A DNA stretch of 32,000 nucleotides from Bacillus subtilis subsp. subtilis str. 168 (GCF_000009045.1 NC_000964.3:2040001-2072000), one strand, 5' to 3'; positions 1 through 10,688 are shown, numbered from the stretch's first letter. Numbers and translations: made by a program. Notes: generated from the sequence alone by a model not told the origin.

Positions 1-365
1 TAGGGCAGTTTTTTCTTGCCTGCGATATGGATAATGCCATCCATGCCGCACGCTTTCGCATCTGCTATACATTTGTCCAACAATCGTTTCGCATGACCGT
101 TATTTTTATATCTGCCAGACACCCACAGACAATTAATGTACATAAAATTAGGCGCATTGATAGGCACCCATGCCTCATTCGCAGGTAGGTATTCAATAAA
201 GACTTTTGCCCGTTCATGTAAGCGATAGAACACCAATCCTTCATCCATTCGAGCTTTGAGCCATCTCTTCTTTTCATTAACTGCATGCTCATATTGTTTC
301 GTGCTTAATGCACAGCAAATATGATTGTCTTCAATATTGTCCTTTGTGATTTCAATGTAGCACAT
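1..365 (-). CDS. yoaP: GNAT-type acetyltransferase, N-terminal part (YoaP-like), gene truncated by window edge
   Basis: Minus-strand reading from ATG at 365: MCYIEITKDNIEDNHICCALSTKQYEHAVNEKKRWLKARMDEGLVF... ending ...GRYKN.GHAKRLLDKCIADAKACGMDGI at the window edge. The RYK..GHA/KRLL segment looks like a GNAT acetyl-CoA binding motif. The tool ORF 65..292 lies in another frame. Confidence 0.75.
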   Translation of the reverse strand, partial: MCYIEITKDNIEDNHICCALSTKQYEHAVNEKKRWLKARMDEGLVFYRLHERAKVFIEYLPANEAWVPINAPNFMYINCLWVSGRYKNNGHAKRLLDKCIADAKACGMDGIIHIAGKKKLP

Positions 366-675
366 CTCCTCTTTCCCCCCTTTAACATAATTACATGGAA
401 TTCAACTTCACACTTTACATGCCTAATAGAATAAATACCCGTTCCAACTTAAATACTTTTTCTTTTCCATTTTGCCAATTAACTGTAAAACCCTTCTTTT
501 ATTCAGATATTATCTTGATTCCTATATCACCCATTTCAAATCCAAAGTGTGTTCATCTTTGAGGATTAGATGCACTGCTTATGCTATAAATACAGTACAC
601 GAAGTTTTTTATTTGAAGTAATATTTGTTACGGGACAGCAATAGTAAATAAGTGATAAAAGGGGAATTAAACTTG

Positions 676-1029
676 GTGGAAAAATGTTATTCTTGTTTAA
701 TTTGCGGATACAAAGGATTAATTCAAAATCCTTTGTATAAAGGCGAGTATCAAAAAACGTTTGACATTTGTCCATGTTGCGGTTTTGAATTTGGCTACAG
801 TGAGGATCATGATGTGAGGTTAGGTTTTATTGTAACTCCTGATCATTTAATTGAGGCTGCATTTCAATTGTATCGCAAACAATGGCTTGAGAGCGGGATG
901 GTAATTGCTCATCCGGAAGATATTCCAGAAGAATTGAAAAATGGCAATTGCTTAAAATTTGAAGTTTTGTTGAAACAATTGAAAAAACTAAATCTTGACA
1001 TAGAAAATTTTGAAATTAGCGGTTTTTAA
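676..1029 (+). CDS. yoaQ: CPCC cysteine-rich protein (YoaQ-like)
   Basis: ORF 652..1029; likely GTG start at 676 (MEKCYSCLICGYKGL...). CxxC (CLIC) and CPCC motifs with conserved GFEFGYSEDHD. Confidence 0.75.
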   Translation: MEKCYSCLICGYKGLIQNPLYKGEYQKTFDICPCCGFEFGYSEDHDVRLGFIVTPDHLIEAAFQLYRKQWLESGMVIAHPEDIPEELKNGNCLKFEVLLKQLKKLNLDIENFEISGF

Positions 1030-1103
1030 TGATGAAACAGGTTGCACTTGTTTAGGTTTCACTGTCATTATCAGTAAAATGTTAAGTTGAAATGCGCAAT
1101 CAG

Positions 1104-1142
1104 TCACAAAGTCTCTATTCGTATTCAATAAAGACTTTGTGA
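1104..1142. repeat. inverted repeat, 11-bp arms, 17-nt loop
   Basis: TCACAAAGTCT (1104-1114) pairs with AGACTTTGTGA (1132-1142). Confidence 0.6.
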
Positions 1143-1329
1143 TCATCGACAAACATTTCACTCCCATCGGATAAAGTATCCAAAAGGCCTCCTCTGGTTC
1201 TTCTCTATAGTCATTAATCACAGTCACTTTGACATTTGACTCAGCTATGATTGGTTTTCCAACAATTTTTCGTTTTTTCCTCAGGCAAAGTAAGAGATCG
1301 AATCATCAAAGCCATTCCATCTTTACTGT

Positions 1330-1827
1330 CTAATTAACGCCATCTTCAGTGAATTTAAAGGTCTGTTTTAAATTGCGTCCTTCTTGCCCCTTCTGTGTCC
1401 AAATTATAACAACCTCTAATTCAGAGGCCTTATCTGCCAGCATAAAATGATTGAACTTCAGCGGTGAGCCATCATTTAAACTTTCAGCTAACATTTTAGA
1501 ATCTTCTTTTGGTTTGACACAATTTTCATCGGGACATCCAAAAAGCGAAAACCTTGTGATTGAATTAGGGTCATTTCTATACAATTGCACATCCACTGTA
1601 GCTGCTTTTTCCCCTATATTTTTGACTTCCAAGGAATATACTTGATATTCTCCTTTATGAGGTCTCGTAAATTCCTTTACATTTTTTGCTTCACTTACTT
1701 TTACTGACCACTGGTCTGTTTTTTGTGTAATAGGCAACACCGTAAAAGTCAGGGCATGCGCTTTTGATTGGCAAAACGTAAATCCAACTGCTGTAAAAAC
1801 AATTACAGAAAATAATACCCTTTTCAC
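1330..1827 (-). CDS. yozF: secreted protein of unknown function with signal peptide (YozF-like)
   Basis: 165-aa ORF, N-terminal MKRVLFSVIVFTAVGFTFCQSKAHA signal peptide; position between yoaQ and yoaR. Confidence 0.6.
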   Translation of the reverse strand: MKRVLFSVIVFTAVGFTFCQSKAHALTFTVLPITQKTDQWSVKVSEAKNVKEFTRPHKGEYQVYSLEVKNIGEKAATVDVQLYRNDPNSITRFSLFGCPDENCVKPKEDSKMLAESLNDGSPLKFNHFMLADKASELEVVIIWTQKGQEGRNLKQTFKFTEDGVN

Positions 1828-1927
1828 TTCATTTATCCCTCCTTCCTTTCACTGGCCGCTCCTTAAAGAATTGATTTTGAGCAATCTACAAGCTCTCTTA
1901 ACCAAAACCTTACCTGAGGTTTTGTCT

Positions 1928-2839
1928 TTACTGCTCTGCATTTATTTCTTTCGGTATCCGAGAAGGAGCTTTGGGGATTTTTCTCAATCTGCTGTTAATC
2001 ACATCAGAAGAGTATAGCGTAATAATCATACTTCCCCCATACCTTTTTGCCCGAATTAAGATTGGTTGGTTATATTGGTTTTGAAAGCGAAAGTCAGGAC
2101 CTCCCCAGCTTACCGTCGCATCCCGTCCGGGCGGTACATATGGTACACTTCTAGTATGAGAATAGCGCTGAACGATCTGCAGTCCTGCACGATCTACTGC
2201 ATTAAATAGAGTTGAGGACACCTGACAAATTCCTCCTCCTACACCTTCAGACAACTCCCCTTTTACAATAATGGGTGCACTTTTATATCCTTTGTTCCGA
2301 GTTCTCATTCCCACAACTTGGTTAAACGAAAACGTCTCATTAGGGAAAACAACGTGATTGTCGATTGCTTTTGCAGAAAGAGAAATATTGTGTGAACGGC
2401 TTTTATTGCTTGAGTTAAAATACGTCACGTACTGACCAAGCTGCTGCGTACTGATGTGAGCTAGCAGCTCGCTGTCAACTTTCGGATAAATGTTCATTTC
2501 CGGCACTTCTATCTTGGAGGGACCTTGCCCATAAAAATACGCATAAAACTTTTCCATAAACGCCTGTTGATACAGTTTGTAGCCAACCCTGCCCGGGACG
2601 ATGCTTCCATGATCGTTAAGGACAGCATTTATCGGCTCACGGTACACTTTCTGATCAAGCTGTTTGATGAATTTACTGTATTTTTCATAGTCAACCATTG
2701 GAGTGCCGGGAAGAGGCATTGTAAAGTCTTCACGGTTAACAGTGGCAATCGTCCGTCCTTGCTGTGTGACCGTTAAACTGTCCTGCGGCTCACTCGGCTG
2801 AGCCAATAAAAAAAGACCAGTGATCAAAATTTGTATCAT
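1928..2839 (-). CDS. yoaR: VanW-family protein (YoaR)
   Basis: 303-aa ORF; VanW core ...FPNETFSFNQVVGMRTRNKGYKSAPIIVKGELSEGVGGGICQVSSTLFNAVDRAGL..., signal-like N-terminus. Confidence 0.85.
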   Translation of the reverse strand: MIQILITGLFLLAQPSEPQDSLTVTQQGRTIATVNREDFTMPLPGTPMVDYEKYSKFIKQLDQKVYREPINAVLNDHGSIVPGRVGYKLYQQAFMEKFYAYFYGQGPSKIEVPEMNIYPKVDSELLAHISTQQLGQYVTYFNSSNKSRSHNISLSAKAIDNHVVFPNETFSFNQVVGMRTRNKGYKSAPIIVKGELSEGVGGGICQVSSTLFNAVDRAGLQIVQRYSHTRSVPYVPPGRDATVSWGGPDFRFQNQYNQPILIRAKRYGGSMIITLYSSDVINSRLRKIPKAPSRIPKEINAEQ

Positions 2840-3185
2840 AAGTCGGTTTACCTCCCAATCATTAGTATGAACAGCCGCTTATCCTTTGATGTATTTCTTC
2901 CCATCGTTTGTTTGAATCTTTAGACGTTGATAAAAACCTTCATAAAAGAGCTTAGCTTTATGTTCACACCGATCCCTGAGCTCACTGAGGCACACGGTTC
3001 ATTCAGTCGGCAAGTTTGAAGTAGTTCAGCATCTCCCAGTGATGAGGGATGCTTTTTTGTCTTGTCAAAAATGAAAAGGGTCTCCTATAACAACAAAAAA
3101 TCAATCCATTTCAATATTTTTTTATTGAGAAACGATAAATTTTTTGTTACATTCAATTAGACAACAAATAAATGAGGTGCTTGTT

Positions 3186-3668
3186 ATGAATCGAATGTCG
3201 ACAATTTTTTTAAAGATAGCTTTGGTTCTTATTGGAATTCCAATTCTTGCTTTATGCATTTTTTTAGTGCCTAAGGTAGCCAACTATTCAGCAGAATTAT
3301 TTCCAAATATCGCTTATATAAAATATCTCGTTTTCATCTATTTGTATGTAACGGCGATACCTTTTTACTTTGCTCTTTATCAAGCGTTCAAACTTTTAAG
3401 CTATATTGACAAAAACAAAGCTTTCTCGGGTTTGTCTGTAAGAGCTTTGAAGAATATAAAATATTGCGCAGTCACTATCAGTATCTTTTACGCAGCAGGC
3501 ATGCCTGTCTTTTATCTGATGGCCGAGATAGACGACGCCCCGGGTATCATTGTGATCGGATTGGTTATTATTTTTGCTTCAATGGTGATTGCGGTCTTTG
3601 CTGCTGTTCTTCAAAAACTGTTAAAAGAAGCGATTGATATAAAATCAGAAAATGACTTAACGGTCTGA
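3186..3668 (+). CDS. yoaS: DUF2975-type multi-pass membrane protein (YoaS)
   Basis: ORF 3144..3668; ATG at 3186 gives 160 aa with four predicted hydrophobic segments. Confidence 0.8.
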   Translation: MNRMSTIFLKIALVLIGIPILALCIFLVPKVANYSAELFPNIAYIKYLVFIYLYVTAIPFYFALYQAFKLLSYIDKNKAFSGLSVRALKNIKYCAVTISIFYAAGMPVFYLMAEIDDAPGIIVIGLVIIFASMVIAVFAAVLQKLLKEAIDIKSENDLTV

Positions 3669-3677
3669 GGTGATGAC

Positions 3678-3932
3678 ATGGCGATTATTATCAACATTGA
3701 TGTGATGCTTGCTAAGAGGAAAATGAGCGTAACAGAGCTTTCAGAGAGAGTTGGCATCACCATGGCTAATCTTTCGATATTAAAAAACGGAAAAGCAAAG
3801 GCTATTCGATTATCAACTTTAGAAGCGATTTGCAAGGCTTTAGAATGTCAGCCCGGGGATATATTGGAATACCGAAGTGATGAAGACACAGGATTCGTAA
3901 AGAAAAAATATGAAGGATCAACAGAAAAATAA
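3678..3932 (+). CDS. yozG: Cro/CI-type HTH regulator (YozG)
   Basis: 84 aa; MAIIINIDVMLAKRKMSVTELSERVGITMANLSILKNGKAKAIRLSTLEAICKALECQPGDILEY is a typical short XRE HTH; immediately downstream of yoaS. Confidence 0.9.
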   Translation: MAIIINIDVMLAKRKMSVTELSERVGITMANLSILKNGKAKAIRLSTLEAICKALECQPGDILEYRSDEDTGFVKKKYEGSTEK

Positions 3933-4037
3933 AGTGATTGGCGGTGAGCTTATGGACATAAACTTATATCCATCTAGCTGCTATACTAAGCGTCCCTTTC
4001 ATACACGAAGAACACAACTATGGAGGAGGCATACATC

Positions 4038-4832
4038 ATGAGAGCCATAAAACAAATCGTCCATTTTGGCTGGGAACAAGCCCTTTCATGTTTGTTTCCT
4101 GCCGTTATTTTTGCCTCTTTGGCTATTACGCAAATCATCCCACTGCCCTTCTTGCCGCGGTATGACTGGCTGCTCATTATCTGCGTTCTCATGCAATTGT
4201 GGATGGTGCGTTCCGGTCTTGAGACACGGGATGAATTAAAAGTGATCACATTATTCCACCTTATTGGGCTTGCTCTGGAACTTTTTAAAGTCCATATGGG
4301 CTCCTGGTCTTATCCAGAAGAAGGATACTCCAAAATATTTGGAGTACCTTTGTATAGCGGCTTTATGTACGCAAGTGTAGCCAGTTATTTGTGCCAGGCA
4401 TGGAGAAGGCTTAAGGTTGAACTGGTTAAGTGGCCGTCTTTTTTTGCAGTTGTTCCGCTTGCCGCAGCGATTTATTTGAATTTTTTCACCCACCATTTTT
4501 CTATAGACATTCGATGGTGGTTATCAGGGCTTGTCATCATTGTCTTTTGGCAAACATGGGTTACATACGAGGTGAATGGAGCTCGTTACCGTATGCCGCT
4601 CGCACTTTCTTTTATACTCATCGGATTTTTTATATGGATAGCGGAAAATATCGCTACGTTTTTTGGAGCTTGGAAATATCCAAACCAAATCGATACATGG
4701 AGTCTCGTACACCTTGGAAAGGTAAGTTCATGGCTCTTGCTAGTGATTGTTAGCTTTCTTATAGTAGCATCATTAAAACAAGTTAAGGAGCAGAGTCCCA
4801 CAAAGGCAGAGATGGATGAATCTTTTTCTTAG
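4038..4832 (+). CDS. yoaT: DUF817-type integral membrane protein (YoaT)
   Basis: ORF 4020..4832, ATG at 4038 gives 264 aa; many TM segments. Confidence 0.8.
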   Translation: MRAIKQIVHFGWEQALSCLFPAVIFASLAITQIIPLPFLPRYDWLLIICVLMQLWMVRSGLETRDELKVITLFHLIGLALELFKVHMGSWSYPEEGYSKIFGVPLYSGFMYASVASYLCQAWRRLKVELVKWPSFFAVVPLAAAIYLNFFTHHFSIDIRWWLSGLVIIVFWQTWVTYEVNGARYRMPLALSFILIGFFIWIAENIATFFGAWKYPNQIDTWSLVHLGKVSSWLLLVIVSFLIVASLKQVKEQSPTKAEMDESFS

Positions 4833-4955
4833 CATACGCATACAAGCTCCCAAATAGAGTGAAAAGCAACGTTCAAATGGTTGCTTTTTTCTTTTATGTA
4901 ACTCTGCCGGTGAGTATTCATCTTCTTCAAATTTCATCGCAACACGATAACTGAT

Positions 4956-5828
4956 TCAGATTACAACTGCTTTCAACACTTTGACAAACTCATGCGCCGC
5001 CGGCGTTATCTCTTCAAATGAATGTGCGATGACGCCAATATCGCGTGTGACCCTAGGAAAGATGTCCTTTTTAATCAATTGATGCGGGACGGATGAAAGT
5101 GTAAAGTTTGAAATGATGCCGATACCCAAGTTATTTTTGACCATATTAATCAAGGTTTCGGCATTTTGCACAGTTAAGTTTTCCTTTAATTCGATGTTGT
5201 ATTGCGAAAATGCGTTTGACATCGCGATTTCATGACCGCCTTTACAAAAAATGAGGTCATCTTGATATGTTTCAAGGTCGACATGCTTTTCAAGTTTTAA
5301 TTCGTCACGCTGCGGCGGGATGACGGCCACCATATAGTCGTTACACAATAGCTGATTTTCAAACGGTTCAAATGGAGATGCTGCGATCCCGATATCAACC
5401 GTCCGATCTTCAACCCATCCTTTTATTTGGTCAGAGGTTCCTTCGATCAATTCTATGCGGATCAGCGGGTAGTTTGATCTGAATGCCGCAATCGCCTGTG
5501 GCATGATATTTGTTGAAACTGCAGGAAATGAACCAATTTTCACCTTCCCGTTTAACAGCTTGTTTTCCCGGTTGGCTACTTGATATATTTTGCTTTCAAT
5601 TCCCTTCATTTGCCTCGCCAGCAGCAATATTTCTTTTCCGATGTCAGTCAGCATTAAACCATGATGTTTATCCCTGATCAATAATTTGAGCTGCAGTGAG
5701 CTCTCCAGGTTTTTTATCGCTTTACTTACCGCCGGCTGAGAGATGAACAATTCTTTTGCCGCTTCTGTAATATTTAATTTCTCCCCAACTTTTACAAATA
5801 TGTGAAGATGGTTCATGTTCATAACCAT
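4956..5828 (-). CDS. yoaU: LysR-family transcriptional regulator (YoaU)
   Basis: HTH MNHLHIFVKVGEKLNITEAAKELFISQPAVSKAIKNLESSLQLKLLIR. ORF 4956..5963; realistic start near 5828. Confidence 0.85.
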   Translation of the reverse strand: MVMNMNHLHIFVKVGEKLNITEAAKELFISQPAVSKAIKNLESSLQLKLLIRDKHHGLMLTDIGKEILLLARQMKGIESKIYQVANRENKLLNGKVKIGSFPAVSTNIMPQAIAAFRSNYPLIRIELIEGTSDQIKGWVEDRTVDIGIAASPFEPFENQLLCNDYMVAVIPPQRDELKLEKHVDLETYQDDLIFCKGGHEIAMSNAFSQYNIELKENLTVQNAETLINMVKNNLGIGIISNFTLSSVPHQLIKKDIFPRVTRDIGVIAHSFEEITPAAHEFVKVLKAVVI

Positions 5829-5928
5829 TTGGTTATACCCCCAATAATAAAAATGTATTTCAGTTATACATAAATGTAACATATGATAGAAACCAGCACG
5901 ATATTTTAACAAGAAAGGCGGCTTCATT

Positions 5929-6807
5929 ATGGTAAAAGTTATGCTGGGAATCATATCTGTCACACTTATTTGGGGTTATACTTGGGTTGCGATGAAAGTA
6001 GGAATTCATGACATCCCCCCGCTTTTATTTTCGGGTTTGCGCCTGTTCATCGGAGCAGTTCCTTTATTTCTCATTCTCTTCATCCAAAGAAAAAAGCTTT
6101 CAATTCAAAAAGAACATCTCAAAAGCTATATCATCATGAGCCTGTTGATGGGGCTGGGCTATATGGGGATTTTGACGTATGGAATGCAGTTTGTCGATTC
6201 AGGGAAAACCTCTGTTTTGGTATATACAATGCCTATATTTGTTACGGTGATCAGCCATTTTTCATTAAACGAGAAAATGAATGTGTATAAAACGATGGGA
6301 CTGGTCTGCGGCCTCTTCGGACTGTTATTTATATTTGGAAAGGAAATGCTCAATATCGATCAAAGCGCTTTATTTGGGGAGCTGTGCGTACTTGTGGCAG
6401 CGCTTAGCTGGGGAATCGCGAATGTGTTCAGCAAGCTACAATTCAAGCATATCGATATTATTCACATGAATGCCTGGCACCTTATGATGGGAGCCGTCAT
6501 GTTATTGGTGTTTTCCTTTATATTTGAGGCGGTCCCTTCAGCCGAGTGGACATATCAGGCGGTGTGGTCATTGCTGTTTAATGGCTTGCTTTCCACCGGC
6601 TTTACCTTTGTCGTATGGTTTTGGGTGCTCAATCAAATCCAAGCGTCAAAAGCATCCATGGCATTAATGTTTGTTCCCGTATTGGCCCTATTCTTTGGAT
6701 GGCTGCAATTGCACGAACAGATCACCATCAATATTATCCTCGGCGCACTGCTGATATGCTGCGGGATTTTTATGAATACATTTACATTTTCACGACGGAA
6801 AGTGTGA
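5929..6807 (+). CDS. yoaV: EamA/DMT-family transporter (YoaV)
   Basis: 292 aa, about 10 TM segments, DMT signature ...LIWGYTWVAMKVGI...; divergent from the LysR gene. Confidence 0.85.
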   Translation: MVKVMLGIISVTLIWGYTWVAMKVGIHDIPPLLFSGLRLFIGAVPLFLILFIQRKKLSIQKEHLKSYIIMSLLMGLGYMGILTYGMQFVDSGKTSVLVYTMPIFVTVISHFSLNEKMNVYKTMGLVCGLFGLLFIFGKEMLNIDQSALFGELCVLVAALSWGIANVFSKLQFKHIDIIHMNAWHLMMGAVMLLVFSFIFEAVPSAEWTYQAVWSLLFNGLLSTGFTFVVWFWVLNQIQASKASMALMFVPVLALFFGWLQLHEQITINIILGALLICCGIFMNTFTFSRRKV

Positions 6808-6904
6808 ATGATATACATTTCCCCTGTCATTTGGGCTTCATGTGACAGGAGAAGACTATTACGAGAAAGTCTTCTAGAATCCTGACGACAGCCTATTAAA
6901 CAAT

Positions 6905-6939
6905 GAAAAAAGCTAATGTCTGCATGTAGACATTAGCTT
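6905..6939 (-). terminator. intrinsic terminator for yoaW
   Basis: AAGCTAATGTCT-gcatgt-AGACATTAGCTT, followed on the minus strand by a T run (AAAAA on plus). Confidence 0.8.
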
Positions 6940-6979
6940 GGCTGGCGTTTAGGCTGGTGAGAATCCAGATACTTTTTTA

Positions 6980-7411
6980 TTACCATTCTGGCTGATCAAA
7001 CTGAAAACCGTATAGACCTTTTACTTTAACATCTCCGCAATCTGGATCTTTTGTCAAAATCAAATAATGAGTCTTATAAGGCATCGTCTCAACTCGATCA
7101 GTTGCACTAAAATCAAAATGATCCCCCGAGAAGTTTTTTTCACTAACGGTTATTTCATATCCTGACAAAGTCATTCGCATGATTCTTGCGTTAATTGTAC
7201 ATCCTTCAGTATCGAAAATGGTGAATCTGTACCCAAAGTGAGATGTCCAATGGTTTGAATTTAGGTCATCAGACTTCATAAACCATTTTTCATTCTCTGT
7301 CATTGTAAAACTCACTTTCTCCTCATCTTTCACGATAACGGCCGAAGCTTCCCCTACATGGATAGTCAAAGCCAAAAGAAATGTAAAAGCTAACATCAAC
7401 ATCTTTTTCAA
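6980..7411 (-). CDS. yoaW: secreted protein of unknown function (YoaW)
   Basis: 143 aa with signal peptide MKKMLMLAFTFLLALTIHVGEASA. Confidence 0.75.
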   Translation of the reverse strand: MKKMLMLAFTFLLALTIHVGEASAVIVKDEEKVSFTMTENEKWFMKSDDLNSNHWTSHFGYRFTIFDTEGCTINARIMRMTLSGYEITVSEKNFSGDHFDFSATDRVETMPYKTHYLILTKDPDCGDVKVKGLYGFQFDQPEW

Positions 7412-7620
7412 AAGAGTTCCTCCCGATATCTTTTACTTCAATATATTGGAAGGGTCTTTTCTGATCAAGACAGTCTTCTCCAAATGAATCTTTAGCACCA
7501 TGAAATGAGCCTTAATAAGAACAGTTTTAACCCAAATCAACCTCTATTCGAAATAAGGCTTACCAATCTATATTCTTTTTAAAAGTTTCTGCATTTCTTT
7601 ATTTAGCTCCTAGACACATA

Positions 7621-7649
7621 TAAAAAATGCTCCTATAAGTTCAGGAGCA
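7621..7649 (-). terminator. intrinsic terminator for yoaZ
   Basis: TGCTCCT-ataagttc-AGGAGCA with minus-strand T run. Confidence 0.75.
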
Positions 7650-7674
7650 CTACAAAAAACTGCTAAAGTGTTTT

Positions 7675-8307
7675 CTATCGATTTATTGTATTCATTAGCT
7701 CAAAGAAATATTCAGGCTTTTGAGTCTTATTTAGCTTATACCATGAACGCAATGTATCTGGTGCAAATACATCTAATTTTTTCAATACTTCTACCGCAAA
7801 TTCCAGAGGAGCAATTCCTGATGCAGTAACCAAATTTTCATCAGATACTGCAGGCCCCTTTTCATAGAATGTTTCTCCTTTGTAATTAGGGCAGACCATA
7901 TTCATATAGTCGAGGTCATTGCTTGTGTGCTTTCTCGAATTTAAGTATCCTTCATTCGCGAGGCCCAAGGTTGCCCCACAAATTGCAGCAATAGTCGTGC
8001 CGAGCTTTAAAGCGTCGCCAACTTTTTTCAAGATCGGCTGATGAATATCTTCTCCCCAAGTGTTTCCTCCGGGTAAAATGATAAGATCTTGACTCCCAAG
8101 AGTACATTCGTCAAGAGAAATATCTGGTTTTATGCTTAATCCTCCCAACGTAGTTATCATTTCTTTATTAACCCCTACTGTAACTACTTTTAAAGATGCT
8201 GCATCTTGTTTAAAGTATCTCCCTGAGTTTAGTTCCGCAATTAAATATCCATATTCCCAGTCTGACATTGTGTGAAATACGTAGAGATAAACTTTTCTCG
8301 TTTGCAT
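7675..8307 (-). CDS. yoaZ: DJ-1/PfpI family protein (YoaZ)
   Basis: ORF 7675..8322, likely start MQTRKVYLYVF at 8307; DJ-1 core ...IILPGG...TIAAICGATLGLANEGYLN with nucleophile Cys. Confidence 0.85.
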   Translation of the reverse strand: MQTRKVYLYVFHTMSDWEYGYLIAELNSGRYFKQDAASLKVVTVGVNKEMITTLGGLSIKPDISLDECTLGSQDLIILPGGNTWGEDIHQPILKKVGDALKLGTTIAAICGATLGLANEGYLNSRKHTSNDLDYMNMVCPNYKGETFYEKGPAVSDENLVTASGIAPLEFAVEVLKKLDVFAPDTLRSWYKLNKTQKPEYFFELMNTINR

Positions 8308-8532
8308 CCAATAACACTCCAATCACAATTGATAAAGCTTTCTAATAGATGACTTTGCTGACAGTCATTGTCAGCTTTTTTGTTGATTCTATTCTTATGC
8401 CCTTGTTCTCCCAACTTATAAAAATATAAGATCAATTGATTCTATGTTTACTAGCGCAAAGGGGTTTGTTACACTAACTGTCATGGGAAACATTTCAAAG
8501 GTAATACAAAATCATTTGAATGAGGAGGCCTG

Positions 8533-9453
8533 ATGAAGTTGAAAACTAAAGCGTCAATAAAATTCGGAATATGTGTTGGGCTTTTATGTTTAAGCATTAC
8601 TGGTTTCACACCTTTTTTCAACTCAACACATGCCGAAGCAAAATCCATAGAAGACACAAACATGGCAAGCTGTATAACGAATAAAAAATTTGTTCAACTT
8701 GAGAAAAAATTTGATGCCAGGCTTGGTGTTTATGCAATTGATATAGGTTCAAACAAGACAATCGCCTATCGGCCGAATGAACGATTTGCTTACGCATCAA
8801 CCTATAAAGTTCTAGCCGCAGCTGCTGTCCTGAAGAAAAACTCAATTGAAAAACTTAATGAAGTCATCCACTACAGCAAGGACGATCTTGTTACATATTC
8901 TCCAATCACAGAGAAACACCTAGATACAGGCATGAGCCTAAAAGAAATCTCGGAAGCGGCTATCCGTTACAGCGATAATACCGCTGGGAACATCTTGTTG
9001 CAACAGCTTGGCGGCCCTAAAGGTTTTGAAAAGTCACTGAAACAGATTGGGGATCATGTAACGAAAGCTAAACGATTCGAGACGGATCTAAACTCTGCGA
9101 TTCCTGGTGATATTCGTGACACCAGCACCGCAAAAGCACTGGCAACCGATCTTAAAGCCTTCACTTTAGATAACACTCTCACGACTGACAAACGCATGAT
9201 CTTAACCGATTGGATGCGAGGCAATGCTACTGGTGACGAACTGATTCGGGCAGGCGCTCCAATAGGATGGGAAGTCGGCGATAAATCCGGAGCCGGAAGT
9301 TACGGGACACGAAACGACATTGCTATCGTTTGGCCGCCAAACAGAGCTCCTATTGTTGTGGCAATTCTGTCAAACCGCTTTACGAAAGATGCTAATTATG
9401 ATAATGCTCTTATCGCTGAGGCTGCAAAAGTCGTCCTTAACGATCTCAAATAA
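8533..9453 (+). CDS. penP: class A beta-lactamase (PenP)
   Basis: 306 aa; STYK, SDN and KSG motifs; signal peptide; RBS GAGGAGG upstream. Confidence 0.97.
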   Translation: MKLKTKASIKFGICVGLLCLSITGFTPFFNSTHAEAKSIEDTNMASCITNKKFVQLEKKFDARLGVYAIDIGSNKTIAYRPNERFAYASTYKVLAAAAVLKKNSIEKLNEVIHYSKDDLVTYSPITEKHLDTGMSLKEISEAAIRYSDNTAGNILLQQLGGPKGFEKSLKQIGDHVTKAKRFETDLNSAIPGDIRDTSTAKALATDLKAFTLDNTLTTDKRMILTDWMRGNATGDELIRAGAPIGWEVGDKSGAGSYGTRNDIAIVWPPNRAPIVVAILSNRFTKDANYDNALIAEAAKVVLNDLK

Positions 9454-9503
9454 TATGTTTAGCCTTTTGCCACAAAGGAAAAGACATTACTTTTTTAACT
9501 TCT

Positions 9504-9534
9504 ACCGTTCATTTTTTGATGAACGGTTCTTTCA
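9504..9534 (+). terminator. intrinsic terminator after penP
   Basis: ACCGTTCAT-tttttg-ATGAACGGT followed by TCTTTC. Confidence 0.65.
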
Positions 9535-9949
9535 TAAGACCTCTAGAATCATATATTTAAACACCACAAAATTAAACATTATTATAATTAACAGCAAGTT
9601 TTCATTTTATGGAACAAGTAAAGTTTGAATCTGACAAGAATTAAGACTAAGCACCCTAAAATCCGTTTTCTTTTCTTCCAAGAATATACTCCTTAGTGCA
9701 AGCCATTATAAAGATACAAGTGAACATACAATGCAGACAACTCTCTTAAGTCTCTTATTCTGTGACCAATTTGTAATACTCATGAATATCCGGACTCACT
9801 TCCAATATTTCGTCTCGTTCGAAGACACTAACATATCAAACCACTTGAATTAACATAACTGAACTTGATATTGGTCACTGGCAGTTTCAATGCAATAGAA
9901 CAACATTTGTTGTCTCAGAGGTTATCTATATGAGAATTCAACAATTTTT

Positions 9950-10312
9950 TTATAATAATTCATATTTTTGTATCGTTGCACTTGGTGGATTTGACTCTTT
10001 TCGTGTATGGAACCACACTTTTATTTTTTCACCTCTTTTGAGATCATCTGTGTTATCAATCTCACTTAATCCTACAATTACTATGTTATTTTTAAACTTG
10101 TTCATAAGTTGTCCTTCAGAAAGATTGTAATCTTCTTTTCCTGGAGCTTTTGTATCGGTAATGAGAATTGCCCTTTCATTGTCTTTAAGCACGACATAGC
10201 CTACTAGGCTCTGCATCTTTGTTTCGTCTCCGTTTTGTTCATTTTTATTGCAGCCTGCAAGGAAAATAATGAGCATAATGAGCACTATCAAGCTTACTCC
10301 GATTTTAGGCAT
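9950..10312 (-). CDS. yobA: small lipoprotein of unknown function (YobA)
   Basis: 120 aa with lipobox LAGC in MPKIGVSLIVLIMLIIFLAGCNKN. Confidence 0.8.
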   Translation of the reverse strand: MPKIGVSLIVLIMLIIFLAGCNKNEQNGDETKMQSLVGYVVLKDNERAILITDTKAPGKEDYNLSEGQLMNKFKNNIVIVGLSEIDNTDDLKRGEKIKVWFHTRKESNPPSATIQKYELL

Positions 10313-10372
10313 CTTTCTTCCTCCTCTTTAAACTCATCTTTAAAATAAACAACAGGATATCACCCAACCCAT

Positions 10373-10585
10373 CTACTTCTTTTTGCAATTCATAACAGCA
10401 GCATACTCATTCTCCAATTCCTCAACCTTCTTTTTATTCTTTCTCAAATATTTGCATGTGGTAGCCCTCGATATTATCCGCTTACTCATTTTTGCGCTTT
10501 CAAATATATTATTGAAGGCCGCTTCTTTCTGGATTCCAGCATAAATATACTTATCCTTACTGTCGTTTACTATCGCAACTTCCAT
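10373..10585 (-). CDS. hypothetical 70-aa protein, unsupported
   Basis: Open frame only (MEVAIVNDSKDKYIYAGIQKEAAFNNIFESAKMSK...). Confidence 0.3.
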   Translation of the reverse strand: MEVAIVNDSKDKYIYAGIQKEAAFNNIFESAKMSKRIISRATTCKYLRKNKKKVEELENEYAAVMNCKKK

Positions 10586-10688
10586 TAAAATCGAGATTTT
10601 TACTTTTTTTATGATCCATTATTCACTTCCAAAATAACTTCCAATTACAACATAATATATGTATAAATTGTAAATGGAGTTGATGTAA

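Noticed and set aside
1928-2839. ORF 2525..2776 on plus strand within yoaR
   Set aside because: Antisense shadow of the VanW-family gene.
3186-3932. YoaS/YozG as a novel system
   Set aside because: A DUF2975-type membrane protein plus small XRE regulator is a common, known gene pair, so it is not unusual here.
8533-9453. penP as part of a blaI-blaR1-like inducible operon or mobile resistance cassette
   Set aside because: No blaI/blaR1-like ORFs, IS ends or integrase nearby. It looks like the native chromosomal beta-lactamase.
9930-10130. 66-aa plus-strand ORF over yobA
   Set aside because: Antisense to the lipoprotein YobA. Composition resembles a reverse-frame translation and there is no RBS.
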